A stretch of DNA of 64,000 nucleotides. It comes from Octopus vulgaris (lineage: Eukaryota). The notes under the pieces are model-generated. The model was not told the origin of the DNA, did not search any database, and saw nothing but the letters and a program-made list of their open reading frames with translations. The DNA lies in NCBI GenBank assembly GCA_951406725.2, contig OX597831.1:52886001-52950000 (forward strand). Reading direction: 5' to 3'. This document shows, piece after piece, positions 26,820 to 39,655 of this stretch. Numbering within the stretch: the stretch's first letter is position 1; the number at the start of each line of letters is the position of its first letter. Position numbers and translations under genes: made by a program.

Positions 26820-29100
26820 GAGTTTGGGTGCTTTTTACGTGCCACCGGCACAGGTGCCAGGCAAGGCTGGCAACAGCCACGATCGGTTGGTGCACGTAAA
26901 AAACACCACCGATCGTGGCCGTTGTCAGCCTTGCCTGGCACATAAAAAGCACCCACTACATTCATGGAGTGGTTAGCGTTAGGAAGGGCATCCAGCTGTA
27001 GAAACACTGCCAGATCGGACTGGAACCATCCAACCCATGCTAGCATGGAAAACCGACATTAAATGATGATGATGATGATGATGATTAACTACTGGACTTG
27101 TGTGGCTGTGTGATTAAGAAGCAAAGCTTCCCAACTACGTGCTCTTTGGTTCAGTCCCACTGCACAGCACTTTGGGCAAGACTTCTACTAGAACCCTGGG
27201 CTGACCAAAGCTTTGTGATTAGATTTACTAGAGGGAAACTAGAGGCCCATTATTAATATACATGTGCGTGTGTGTGTGTGTTGACATCATATGATGGGTG
27301 TAAATGAGCATCCCTGTCATACAAGCAATGCTGATTGTTTCCAGTTTTCCATGAAAATATGCCTGGCTATGAGGAAATATTACCTTGATGAAAAACAGGA
27401 AAGGATTGGTGACAGGAAGAGTATCTGGCTGTAGAATATCTGCCTTGACAAATTCTGTCTCACCCATGCATGCATAGAAAAGTGGACAGTAAATGAGGGT
27501 GATGATAATGATATAATCAACTATACCCATCATGAAATTTGAGCCCTTCTGCCTCTTTTATAAATCTTTATTTGTATATCCCAGATTTAAATTATGTAGT
27601 CTATATTCTTATGTAAGGGGTGACTAAAAGGGTCAGCAACTAGAAGAGAATCCAGCTGTAAAATACTGCCTCAAAATGTCACATCCACTCCATACCAGTG
27701 TGAACACATGCACATAAAAATTATGGTTAAGAAGTTCACTTCCCAGCTGCATGGTTTCAGGCTCACTTTCACTGCACAGTACCTTGGGCAACCTCTTCAA
27801 CTATGGCTCCAGGTGAACCAAAGTGAGTGGATTTGGTAGACACAAACATGCAAGTTGTGTGTGTGTATATGTGCTTATATCTGCACTTAAGTCCTGAGAT
27901 TTGAACAATATTGTTGTTGGTACTTCTGTCAATGATTCACCCACTTGCTTCATGCCTTCAAAGTCACATGGAATAAAAAATATTCCTTATTTGGAAAACA
28001 GGTAAGGGTTAGAAGGTTAGTGTCAATTAGGGTAGCCAGCTACATCAATAACATTTGTCCAAAGCACGTTGGACCTCACGGAGGAGATGACTAGGGCCCA
28101 AAACTTCTGGCAGTTTGCTGTGCTGGAGAAGACACATCAAGCTAAGTGAAATTGTGGCTATTCATACATACAGGCACTTCCTTTGTGTCTCGCTATCAGC
28201 TGTGAGATGTAAAAGCACCAGTGCCAGTAACGCATAAAGTACCCAAGCATTCATGCCAGTGTCACATAAAAGTGCCTGTGTCCGTCATCATCATCATCAT
28301 CATCGTTTAACGTCCGCTTTCTATGCTAGCATGGGTTGGACGGTTCAACTGGGGTCTGGGAAGCCCGAAGGCTGCACCAGGCCAGTCAGAGCTGGCAGTG
28401 TTTCTACAACTGGATGCCCTTCCTAACGCCAACCTCTCCGTGAGTGTAGTGGGTGCTTTTTATGTGCCACTGACACAGGTGCCAGACAAGGCTGGCGAAC
28501 GGCCACGCTCGGATGGTGTTTTTTATGTGCCACTGACACAGGTGCCAGACGAGGCTGGTGAACGGCCACGCTCGGATGGTGTTTTTTTTTATGTCCGTGT
28601 GACATTAAAAGTGCCCAGTACATTCTGTAAAGTGGTTGGTGTTAGGAAGGGCATCCAGCTGTAGAGACCATACCAAAACAGACAAAAGGTGCTCAGGCAG
28701 CTCTCCAGCTGGCCATCTTCTGTCAAACTGTCCAGTCCATGCCAGCATGGAGGACGGGCGTTAAATTATGATGATAATGTTTTGGAAAAATAGACATAAA
28801 CAAATGTATATAGACACAACATACATACAACCGGCTTTAATAAAGTTTCTGTCTCTTAAATTTCTCTCACAAAGCTATGGGCAACCCAAGGCTACTGTGG
28901 AAGGCGTATCGCCTAACTGGCCCTCATGCTGGTGGCATGTAAAACACCCACTCAGTGTGGCTGGTGTTAGGAAGGGCATCCAGCTGTAGAAACTCTGCCA
29001 AATCAGATTGGAGCCTAGTGCAGCCATCTGGTTCACCAGTCCTCAATCAAATCGTCCAACCCATGCCATGGAAAGCAGACGTTAAACGATGATGATGATG
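26820..29100. mobile_element. Cluster of SINE family C/B' pieces in both orientations, some with internal tandem units of about 55 bp
   Basis: aaaagcacccactacac..ggagtggttggcgttaggaagggcatccagctgtagaaac..(gat)n at 26940-27085(+), 28285-28600(-), 28605-28780(+) and 28935-29100(+). Confidence 0.75.
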
Positions 29101-29760
29101 ACAATTTGCCCAAAGTGCCTTGCAATGGGAACAAACCAGAAACTCCATGTAGTTGTGAAACAAACTTCTTAATCTCATAGCCATGGCTGTGCCTATCTAT
29201 ATTTAATAATGATAATGGTTTCAAATTTTGGCACAAGGCCAGCAATTTCAGGGGAAGAGTAAATCAATAACATCAACCCCAGTTGATGAAAGGCAAAGTC
29301 GACCTCAGCAGATTTTGAACTCAGAATGTAAAGATGAACAAAATGTCACTAAGCATTTTGCCTGGCATGCTAACAATTCTGCCATCTCACTGCCTTTATG
29401 ATTAATGGAAATAATAAAGAATTTGGAGAGGTTAAGTTTAATAGGTAACTTTGCTATTATTAAGCTAGTGTTTAGAATAAAAGTTTTTATGAAAATTTTC
29501 AATTTAAATATGAACATTTGTATCATAGAACTAGTAACCAGAATGATATTAGAATAGTTAATGAAAAATTTTGTGTGCCATCTGTATTAAAAGGTTAATT
29601 GTTGAGATCTATATGCAGTTGTTGTTTCAATCAATCCAGGTTGGCTTTAATGAAACAAACTTTTATTTCACTATTCCTTTTCATATTGTGTTTTATTTTG
29701 ACTTATCCCCTACATTCGTAATATATCACCATTCTTTTTTTTTATCTATATATTTTTCAG

Positions 29761-29980
29761 ATATATGCTGAGAATGAAGTTAAGAATACCTTCAAACTAA
29801 AAATATCAGTTTGATAGTGTTAGTATATTTAGAATTGATGGTTTGATTTTAATTTTTGTTTTGGAAATGAGCTGTCAGTTGATGGTAAATTTGTAAAAAT
29901 GTGTCCACACACACACACACACAGATTTTTATGGAACTCTATTAAATGTGTTAAATAAAGGTTATTAACAATTAAGGTTT
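29761..29980 (+). other. GOT1: Putative non-coding terminal 3'UTR exon of GOT1
   Basis: Strong pyrimidine tract ending tatttttcag| at 29760, apparently non-repetitive AT-rich sequence, AATAAA at 29954-29959, and a candidate donor AG|GTATAT at 26423/26424. Confidence 0.5.
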
Positions 29981-30390
29981 TATTCAACTTTAGGGTATAG
30001 GGGGGGGGGTCCCAATCTTTTCACCAATTTAACCAGGCTTAAAGTAATGATAATGCTATATTTCGTAAAAGCTATTAGGCAGATTAACCCTTTTGTTACT
30101 GTATTTATTTTAAGATACATGTGTTTCCTATTGAAGTTATCAAGCCCAGATATAGTTATATCTGGGCTGATGATTTTAACCAAATCCAACTATTTTAAAG
30201 AAAAGGTAGATTTGAAGACTTCAATTGATTTTGGAAATGGTCAACCAGATTTAAGGTACATGATGAAATAAGAAAATGGGACATTGATGGCGAAAATCTA
30301 TCAACACAATCTGAGCAAACTCAGAAGTGGCTGTAGTATAGTGCAACATTTGATGAACTTGTCCAAGAACATAATGTTACAGCTGATTGA

Positions 30391-30612
30391 CCCTTTTGTT
30401 ACCATATTTCTGTTGAGATGCTCTGTGTTTCTTTCAATTAATTTATAAATATAACAAAGAATTTAGTAAAGTAACTTAGTTATCATTCAGCTAGTTTTAG
30501 GAACATAAATTGTGACTAAGGTTTGGTGGGAGATTTTAATTCAAAACTCATGTAAACAAGACATTTGTAGTCAGAGCCAGAACCAGTTTCGGGTGGGTTG
30601 GTAATGAAAAGG
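30391..30612. mobile_element. piggyBac-type MITE (family F)
   Basis: ttga|CCCTTTTGTTACC ... GGTAATGAAAAGG|ttaa. Homologous, inverted, to 52897-53095. Confidence 0.7.
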
Positions 30613-30919
30613 TTAATGAGCAAAACTTTTTTTATGTAATGTGTGTGTGTGTGTTTCCTTAAGGGAATGCATAATTGCTTCAAGATAAACTATATATTGG
30701 CAAATATTTTTCTTCAATATTTTTTACATTCTTTGAATTTTTTTTTTATATTTAATCAAGCCATGTAAAGACATCAAGAGAAAGCAAAGAAAAAAATTTT
30801 TATAATATACTTTATAAAATATGGGAAATAATTTTTGTGCTTTGAAACTATTCTCTTGTTTAAAAAATCTGATCTGATATATATAGATATATATGTTAGA
30901 TTTTTTAAATACAGGACAA

Positions 30920-30970
<51 letters not shown>

Positions 30971-33415
30971 TCATTTACTTGTTTCAGACTGCGGCCTTGC
31001 TGGAGCACTGCCTTTAGTCGAGCAAATCGACCCCAGGTCTTTGGAAGCCTAGTACTTATTCTATCGGTCTCTTTTGCTGAACCGCTAAGTTACAAGGACA
31101 TAAACACACCACCATCGGTTGTCAAGCGATGTTGGGGGGACAAACATATACACACACACATCCATATATATATGTTTCTGTCTACCAAATCCATTCACAA
31201 GGCTTTGGTTGGCCCAAGGCTATAGAAGACACTTGCCCAAGGTGCCATGCAGTGGGACTGAACCATGAACCATGTGGTTGGTATGTATATGTGTATATGT
31301 ATGTATTTAATGGTTTTTGCAAAAAATACTTGATAGAGTCACAATATTAGAAGAAAGATTTTCTTAAAATTTATTAATTATTTAAAACAAATCTTACAAA
31401 ACAGAGTGACACAAACCATGTCACTCCATCTTTCTAAGATTTATTTTTAAATAGTTAATATTTCAGAAATTCTTTTTCCAAACATATGTTTGTATATATA
31501 TGTACTCTTTTGCAAAGGAATATCTTCCATGTATCCATTATTGGTATTTATTTGTTGGAAATTATGTAAAATAGAAGAAAGAATAAATTACTTCAAAGAA
31601 ACTTTGATATACTAGATGGCTAATGTTATTAGTACAAGAAAAGAAAATGAGATTATACACCCTGTCCAATATATTTGAATACGACTTCATGTAAAGCTAT
31701 ATTTCCTTAAACTATGCAAAAATCGATGATATTTTCCCTCTGTTTAATTAGGTTTTGTTTTGTTGTTGTTCTTATTTTTTTATAAACGTAAAATAAATTT
31801 CTGTCTGGTATTTTTTATAAGTTGTGTCTTCTGCATATTAAACATCCCAAAATTTAATACTCCCTCTCTCTCTCTCTCAATAAAATAAGCACCGGTGAAG
31901 TACTGGGGTTGATTTCATTCATTGTTGCCTATGCTAAAATACCCCTATCACTTGCTTCTATGAAACATAAGCTACAGACTTATCACTCCTCACTGCTACA
32001 CTGTGACAAAAATAACTCGCTTCTCTATTGTAAATGTAGAAGCAGCTATCTTCTTTTATCATTTCTGTTCTCATACTCCTCTAGAATCATTTTATGGACC
32101 ATAAGCACCAACTTCTACAAGTTTTGGTCCATATGGGGCTAGAGTGGCACAAATCTTTGTGTAGTTCTTGGTACTCTGCAGAACTTATATTGCAAGAAAC
32201 TTGATCTGTTAAGGACCCGCACTAAGTAAGTGTCCTCTAGTATTTGATGACACCTTCAAATTATTAATTTGTTGTTATCAATCATTCTTCGTTATTTCCT
32301 TCATCTTGTTGCTGCTAAAAGTCTAATCCAGAACTCTGGATACTGGCACCCTGAGTCAACTGATCCCATAACTTGCAATGGAGAAAGTTATTACTCCTTG
32401 AAATAGCTAAAATTTTAGCTGTCATCCACAAAACAACATTAGGAAAATTGACACCAAAGTCGGCCTTTTTGGTAATGCAAACTTCTACAAGCGTTCCTTG
32501 ATACTCAGTCACCAAAATTATGCAAAATGTCATGCTTCCTTGGGCTTTATCTTTATTATTATACTAAAGAGTGCTGAATTTGAAGTACCATGTCTGTAGT
32601 TTTCACTTAATATCTGTAATAATAAATTTATTTCCATCAACTCACAAGATTGTTTTTATTATTATTTATCATATTATTGTCTTTGTAATGACTTCTCATA
32701 TCTTGCCCATGCAGCAAATGAAAAATTATTATTATTATGGGTTTCAAATTTTGGCTCAAGGCCAGCAATTTCAGGGGAAGGTGGGTAAGTCAATTACATC
32801 AACCTCAGTGCTCAACTGATACTTATTTTATCAACCCCTAAAGGACAAAAGGCAAAGTCAACATGTACTCGACTTTGCCTTTCATCTTTTCAGGATCAAT
32901 AAATTAAGTACCAGTGAAACTGGGGTCGATGTAATCGACTAGTCCCCTCCTCCCAAATTTTGGACTTTGGCACGTAAAAAGCACCCACTACACTCTCGGA
33001 GTGGTTGGCGTTAGAAAGGGCATCCAGCTGTAGAAACTCTGCCAAATCAAGATTGGACCCTGGTGCAGCCATCTGGTTCACCAGCCCTCAGTCAAAATAT
33101 ATATATATATATCGCCACCACAACCCTCCACAAAATCCCAAATTTTATTTAATTTGTTTTGCGGGTGCAACTATTTTATCGAAAGTGTATCTTGTCGGGA
33201 AATGCTCGAAATGTGGATAGAAAAACAGCCGACAACTGATGAAAGGTCGTTCTTTGTGTTGTTTGTTTTGTTTTCCATTTATTTATTTCGTTGCTCGCAA
33301 ACAAAAGTTCATATTCCATGTCATTGTACATCGTAGTTTTTGTTGTTTACGTTTCATGAAGTCCTATGCCCACATATGCATATGTATATACGTAAACGTA
33401 TGTATGCATATATAT

Positions 33416-33449
<34 letters not shown>

Positions 33450-33522
33450 CACCGGAGTAAACACATATATGTGAAACAAGGTGGAAAAAAGAGTACTCAA
33501 ATACCAGTGGTAGAGTAATATG

Positions 33523-33700
33523 CTTTATTTAAAAGCAGCAGAAATTTAACAAATGCTGTTACTCGGAGTTTCACATTCCCGTTCGTCGGACAGTTTTGTT
33601 AACTAAACTCTCGGAATTTGTTAACAAAACTGTCCGACGAACGGGAACGTGAAACTCCGAGTAACAGTATTTGTTAAATTTCTGCTGCTTTTAAATAAAG
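33523..33700. ncRNA. About 81-bp inverted repeat (Penelope-like remnant) with a hammerhead motif on each strand
   Basis: Arms 33523-33603 and 33620-33700 differ at 2 positions. + copy: CUGU-CCGACGA-ACG(GGAA)CGU-GAA-ACUCCGAGU-A^ACAG, with stem I extendable to about 13 bp. Confidence 0.7.
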
Positions 33701-35224
33701 TAGATAGATAGATATTGCTTTTTAAGTATATTTAGTAAATTGTTTGAATTAAGGAAACTTTACTCATATTACTAACTTGCCAGCGGACCTGGTATTAACT
33801 GTACCTATATGGTGCCAATATATTCTTTTAGATTGTTTTACAATGATAGATAGGAACTATATAACTTTAATGACTATATAATGCTGATTAAGCATATTTA
33901 GTATACTGTGGCAACTTGTGAGTTTCATTATTTGATAATAATTAACATGTGATTTGGTCTTAGATATTAACCGCCTAATTGTAAGTGACTTTTTATTTTT
34001 GCCTTTTAATGTACCTATAAGATGGATTTTTCTTGCGTACCTGTACGTATCTAATTATTACCCCAATTCGCTATATATATATATGAGGTTAAGTCCAATT
34101 TCTTTTCCTAGTAGCCTTAATTGAATCGCTGAATTATCTGTACTAGTTGCCTCCCCTTAACCACAACGCGTGGCTACTTACTCTTGACTGTTCCCTCATG
34201 CATGATGTAACATTAAGCTGCTGAAGGACATAAGCGGCCTCACACCAGTTATGTCGTTGACTTCTCCCCCCTTTCACCCGAACTTTTTTTTACTCTTTTA
34301 CTTGTTTCAGTCATTTGACTGTGGCCATGCTGGAGCACTATCTTTAGCCGAGCAAATCGATCCCAGGACTTATTCTTTGTAAGCCTAGTACTTATTCTAT
34401 AGGTCTTTTTCGCCGAACCGCTAAGTTACGGGGACGTAAACACACCAGCATCGGTTGTCAAGCTATGTTGGGGGGACAAACGCAGACACACAAACATATA
34501 CACACACTTGCATATATATATATATATATCTACCATGTAGGTATTGGTTTTTGTCCCCATGTCATTGCTTGACAATCACTGTTGCTTTGTTGACATCCCT
34601 GTTAACTAGCAGCTCAACAAAAGGGACTGATACAGTAAGTGCCAAACTTTAAAAAATACGTGCTGGGGTCATCTAAATCGTTCAAGGCAGAGGCCCAGCA
34701 TGATCACAGTCCAATGACTAAAACAAGTAAAAGATAAAAGACATCAAGCTAAGTAATGATTTTATGCCTTGCTCAAAATGTTAGGAAGATGTTACCAACA
34801 GCTACTTCATAAATTAAATGAACCATGTACCGGTAGGTGAGATTTAACAATTCCTAGAATGGACACCCTTAGTTACAGGGCTAGCTTTACCCCAGAAATT
34901 ATATAGGATAAATCTCTAAAACTACAAATCCTACAGATATGAAACTATTAGCATGTTTTATAGGTTAAAATCATATTGAACTAGTATTTTAATTATCTAT
35001 TCATGAAGCCAGTGGCAATCTGGTATTATTTCCAAAAGAAAAGTTGTGTGAAATATATTTACTGAATTTTAATTATTTCGTAAGTCATCATCATTGTCAG
35101 TGTTTTACATCCACTTTTCCTTGCTGGTATGGGTTCGATAGTTTTTCTGGGGTAGTCAATTCAATGTGGAGTATTTTTAAGATTTTGAGCCATACCTCAA
35201 GTCTTGAGAAGTGACTCAAATCTA

Positions 35225-35612
35225 ATATGACAAAATGGTTCTTGTTTTATCAAGACAATGCTCCAGCACACAAGTCCGTTTCAATGGCTGCTGGGCGTGA
35301 CTGTGGCTTTGAACTGGTTGATCACCATCCCTATTCTCCTGATTTGGCCCCATCTGACTATCATCTGTTCTTCAACATGAAAAAACACTTGACAGGGAAC
35401 CAGTATCACAGTGATGATGACATCATATCTGTTGTTGATAACTTTTTTACCAATAGGATAAAAGCTTTGACACCAATGGACTCCAAGCACTGCAACACTG
35501 ATGGAAGAAGTGTGTGGATTGCAAGGGGGACTAAGTTGAAAAATAAATCTCGTTTGGTCACATTCTATGAGAGTATCTTGGTCAGCTTATGAAGTTTCCA
35601 GCCAACCCATGT
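35225..35612 (+). mobile_element. Mariner transposase 3' relic with right end
   Basis: FYQDNAPAHKS..CGFELVDHHPYSPDLAPSDYHLFFNMKKHL, the YSPDLAPSD signature of D,D34D mariners. Confidence 0.9.
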
Positions 35613-36202
35613 AGTGAAATACAATAAAGAATCAACACAATGTTTATTTTAGAATATTTTAATTTTCTAAAATGAAGTACAATGAATCAAATTTCCATAC
35701 ACATGTAATTTTCTCTTCCATAAGTTCAAAAATAAATTTAGCATGGAAATTTATCAGCAGTTTGGAAATCCATTTATTAAGCATCCATATGAATTTTTTT
35801 TTTTTCTTTTGCTTCTTTGACAAGGAATGTGTCAATAAATAAAACATATAATTGACCAGAATAAAATAAGAGTATCATTAAGTTTGAAAATTAAAATGGG
35901 AAAGAAAATACACATGTATTTAAGAACCAAATTTTTTACTTTTTTTTTTCTGCATTTGTATTTAAATGAAGATTGTGTTAATTGAAAGACTTCATTCTAA
36001 TGAACAGACTTCTAACAGCTCAGCTCACAAACTTAAAAACCATGGAGAAATAATGAAATCCATTAAAAAAATGCATGATGATATTAACTCACATTCACAG
36101 TTAATCTACTATAATACATTTGTTGTGTGAGGACCATTATCCATTGATAACGTCTCAGCACAAGAATGGGATAGACCTTAAAGGTTTCATCTTTGTAGTT
36201 TA

Positions 36203-36405
36203 CTGAATTTTCTGGCATACAAGTCAAATTTTTCAGGCCAAAATTTACAGCAAAAAAAAAGGCAGGTCAACTTATACACCACAATGACTTTGGGGGACCA
36301 AATATGAAATGCAGCAGGATTCGGAAAGATAGTGACAATGTTTGAATGTTTACATAACAAGTTTACACTATTATACTACATCAACTTGTATGCTGGAAAA
36401 TACAG
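36203..36405. mobile_element. Tc2/pogo-type MITE with TA target duplication (related element at 58753-59109)
   Basis: TA|CTGAATTTTCTGGCATACAAGT ... ACTTGTATGCTGGAAAATACAG|TA. Confidence 0.7.
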
Positions 36406-37110
36406 TATCTGAAGCATGTTGCCTTACCCTTTTGCAAGTATAAAAAGAGTGAGTGGATTGAACTCAATACTGAAAGCTAACAAACATTTGATCATATAAT
36501 GCTTACTACATTGATAAAAATTATGGTACCACATATTTCTGAGAATTGTGAGGAGCAAGGAACAAATAGCAAATTTTGATCAAGTGTAGCTTGAATCTTT
36601 GTTAACTTTACCAGCCTCATCTCCTCTTATGTAATACTTTCAGTTAAAAAAATAAAAAGTAGAATATCAATGTAATTATTTGTTTTCATGTTATGTTAAT
36701 TTTGACTATATTTAGAATATTTACATTATTTTTTTTTTTTTTCATGTTTCAATTATTTACATTTAAAAAAAAAAAGAGATATTTAAGTAAGTTCACCAAA
36801 ACGTTGTACAATATAAACTTAATCAGAAGAACAAAAACAATATTGTTATTGTTGGGAATAGTCTTATTTTGCCAATTAAACACTCACACTATAATACTTG
36901 GTCTTCATTTCAGCTTTTTTTATTTTTATCTTAGTTCCTTTGTGTGTGCTTAATTGACAAAATATGACCGTCACCAAATATAGTAATATCTATTTCAACA
37001 TACATTTTCACATTAAAAGAATCTTGCAAAACAAATACATAAATGTAACAAAAAGAATAAATTTTCAGAAAACTGATTATTAACAGGTGCTAGTGTTTTG
37101 GTGAGTTTAA

Positions 37111-37349
37111 CCCTTTAGCATTCAAACCAGCCATATCCAGCCCAAATATTCTATCTGGGTTTTTTTGTTTTTTGTTTTTTGTTTTCAAACTGGCCAGGTC
37201 CAGCTTTTCTTATCTACTCTACACTGTCACTCTAAAAATAAACAATCATATCACTGAAATCTCGAAACTTTGAGATAATTCACAATTAATTCAATGCAAT
37301 GTGAATAAATAAGCATTATGTTTGACCAAATAATCTGAATGCTACAGGG
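37111..37349. mobile_element. piggyBac-type MITE (family E); copies at 25255-25425, 44019-44238, 48325-48548, 52882-53299, 62110-62328
   Basis: TTAA|CCCTTTAGCATTC ... GAATGCTACAGGG|TTAA: CCC..GGG termini and a TTAA target duplication. Confidence 0.8.
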
Positions 37350-38099
37350 TTAAAAGACATAGTCAGAATTTACAACCTTTTGAAATTTTTGCAAATTGGA
37401 AAAACAAAAGAAAAAACTTCCTATTTATGAAGGAGAATGGTCAGGGAGGGGATGGGGCAGTGAGAAAACAAAACAAAAAGGAGGAAATAGAGTAAATTAA
37501 TAATCCTTATGTTTTTTGATTGATCGTTATTCCTTAATAGACAGGAATTTAAATGTTATTACTTATTACATTTTGTTATACCCCATGGGAGGGAAAAAAA
37601 AAAACATGATGTTGCTTGTTTTCAGTCTGCCATAGTGACTGAATGGATACTGCTTGGACCAGCAGAGCATCAAACAAAATTCTTTGATGTGTTTAGTTCA
37701 ATCCCATTATGTCCTACAATCAAGTCCCACCACAACTGATTTCACTTCTCATCATTTAAGGATCAATAAAATGATATAACCAAAACATCTTTTTCTCAAA
37801 TACACAACTGAACGAGCTACTGATAGTTTCATACTTTTATGATATTTCAACTAAGCATATTCATATCAGGCTCTGTTTAAGCATTATATGTATTTTAAAA
37901 ACAAGGATGCACAAACAGAGCCTGAAAGATTGCTTAGGGATACATGGCTCAGTTTATAAATATGCCTGCTTAAAGTATCACAAAAGCATAAAACTATTAG
38001 TAGCTCTTTTGATTTTGTATTAAATTGATATTTGTCTGACACTGGATGGAGTACCTTTTTCATTGATTCTACCAATATTGAAAATATATACGTGTATGC

Positions 38100-38134
<35 letters not shown>

Positions 38135-38137
<3 letters not shown>

Positions 38138-38545
38138 CAATTGCAGTGTGGAAGGTGTTTATAAGCCATTTAAGAAACACACAAAAAAACCATTAGATTC
38201 ACTTCAACATTTAGATTTAATTTGTCGAAATATTTTCGTAACTTTGAGATCGCGACCTGTTCACTGACAAAATTTTCGTGCTGCACGAAATAGTAAAATC
38301 CTATGAAAGTACTGGTTAGTAACCTATACAAAGAATATCGAACATAACATTTAATACTCAACTGTAAGGTAACTATATAAACCGTGGTTTATGTATTTTA
38401 TTTATTATAATAATAAGATGAGAAAATAGAGAGGTAATTAATAAATTATTATCTATTAATTAAAAATTTGACAAACTTTTAATTAATAAATAATAATCGT
38501 TAATTTTTTAATTATCATTTATTAATTACCTCTCTATTTTCTCAT
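38135..38545 (-). mobile_element. Penelope-like remnant: G3-C8 hammerhead-like motif (38219-38272) and a 29-bp perfect inverted repeat (38418-38446 / 38517-38545)
   Basis: Minus strand UUUGUCA-GUGAACA-G-GUCGC..GUUAC-GAA-AAUAUU-U-CGACAAA. IR arms are atgagaaaatagagaggtaattaataaat and its reverse complement. Confidence 0.45.
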
Positions 38546-38961
38546 ATATATATAATCAGTCTGAATCTGAAAAATATAAAGAATCCTTCTTTTCATAGCC
38601 ATCTAAAGTTTTGTATAAAAATATTTTTGTTATATTTCTATTTCATGGATTATGTCAGTAGTGAATATAAGAGTGGCTTTCCATATTTTGACTACAAGTT
38701 TTATTTTCATTACTTAATTCTGAGAATGAAGCACTCTAATATAAGAGTTTTACATACAGAGAGTAACATTTTGAAATTATAATTTCAGCTGTTTCCCACT
38801 TTTCATAGTATTATTACTTTATGTCTCTGCCATGCATATAAAATCAGCTTGCTTTCTTACATCAGTCTTTCTGTTACCTGCTGAAAAAGGTGAGACACTG
38901 ACACATATTTTTAAACATATGTGGCCTCAGACACATGATATTATGTCCAGAGAAAATACCT

Positions 38962-39010
<49 letters not shown>

Positions 39011-39350
39011 GATCAGATTGGAGCCTGGTGCAGCCATCTGGTTCACTAGTCCTCAGTCAAATCGTCCAACCATAGAAAGTGGATGTTAAACGATGATGAT
39101 GATGATGATGTGAGAGTGTGTATAAAATTTAGGGTTGACTGTTCAGAGGAAAGCACTTACAACTAAGAGTCAATATAATGACTGCAACAAAAAGTTTTTT
39201 ATTTTTATTTCATCTGGAGTCAATCAGGGATTGGTTTTAACAAAAGATGAGTGGACTCTTATTCAACTAATTCCTGATGTATCAAGACAAAACAAAATGC
39301 CTTTTCTTGGATTCGTTATTTTTATCAATTAACTATAAATAAATAAATAC

Positions 39351-39382
<32 letters not shown>

Positions 39383-39563
39383 TTATCATCATCATCATTG
39401 TTTAACGTCCGCTTTCCATGCTGGCATGGGTTGGATGGTTTCACTGAGAATTGACAAGCCAGGATGCTGCACCAGGCTCCAATCTGATCTGGCAAGGTGG
39501 GTGCCCTTCCTAACGCCAACCACTCTGAGAGTGTAGTGGGTGCTTTTATGTGCCTAAGAATGT

Positions 39564-39655
39564 TGTTGATAGTGACTGCAGTTTCAGCCATTTAAGCTAT
39601 TGTCAGACTGCCAATGATGGCTTAACTGGTTGAAACTTCGAAGTCATTGTCAACA
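39564..39655. mobile_element. Imperfect inverted repeat of two decayed hammerhead motifs
   Basis: Minus: AGU-CUGACAA-U-AGCU(UAAAU)GGCU-GAA-ACUGCAGU-C^ACU. Plus: CCAAUGA...GAA-ACUUCGAAGU-C. Both have a palindromic stem III and a GUC triplet, but the cores are mutated. Confidence 0.45.

Noticed and set aside
31370-31462. AT-rich imperfect inverted repeat (similar one near 30855-30920)
   Set aside because: Degenerate, no ribozyme core or TIR/TSD signature; probably old repeat debris.
33230-33310. CTGATGA at 33236 as a further hammerhead
   Set aside because: No stem II followed by GAAA and no cleavage-site geometry downstream.
34215-34262. ctgaag-gacataa..ttatgtc hairpin as a ribozyme
   Set aside because: The core is not CUGANGA and there is no GAAA after the stem.
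38845-38890. Possible minus-strand microexon (ttttcag..gtaag); also an isolated + strand donor cag|gtaagc at 47529
   Set aside because: Isolated splice-like motifs are expected by chance at this length, and there is no coding support.
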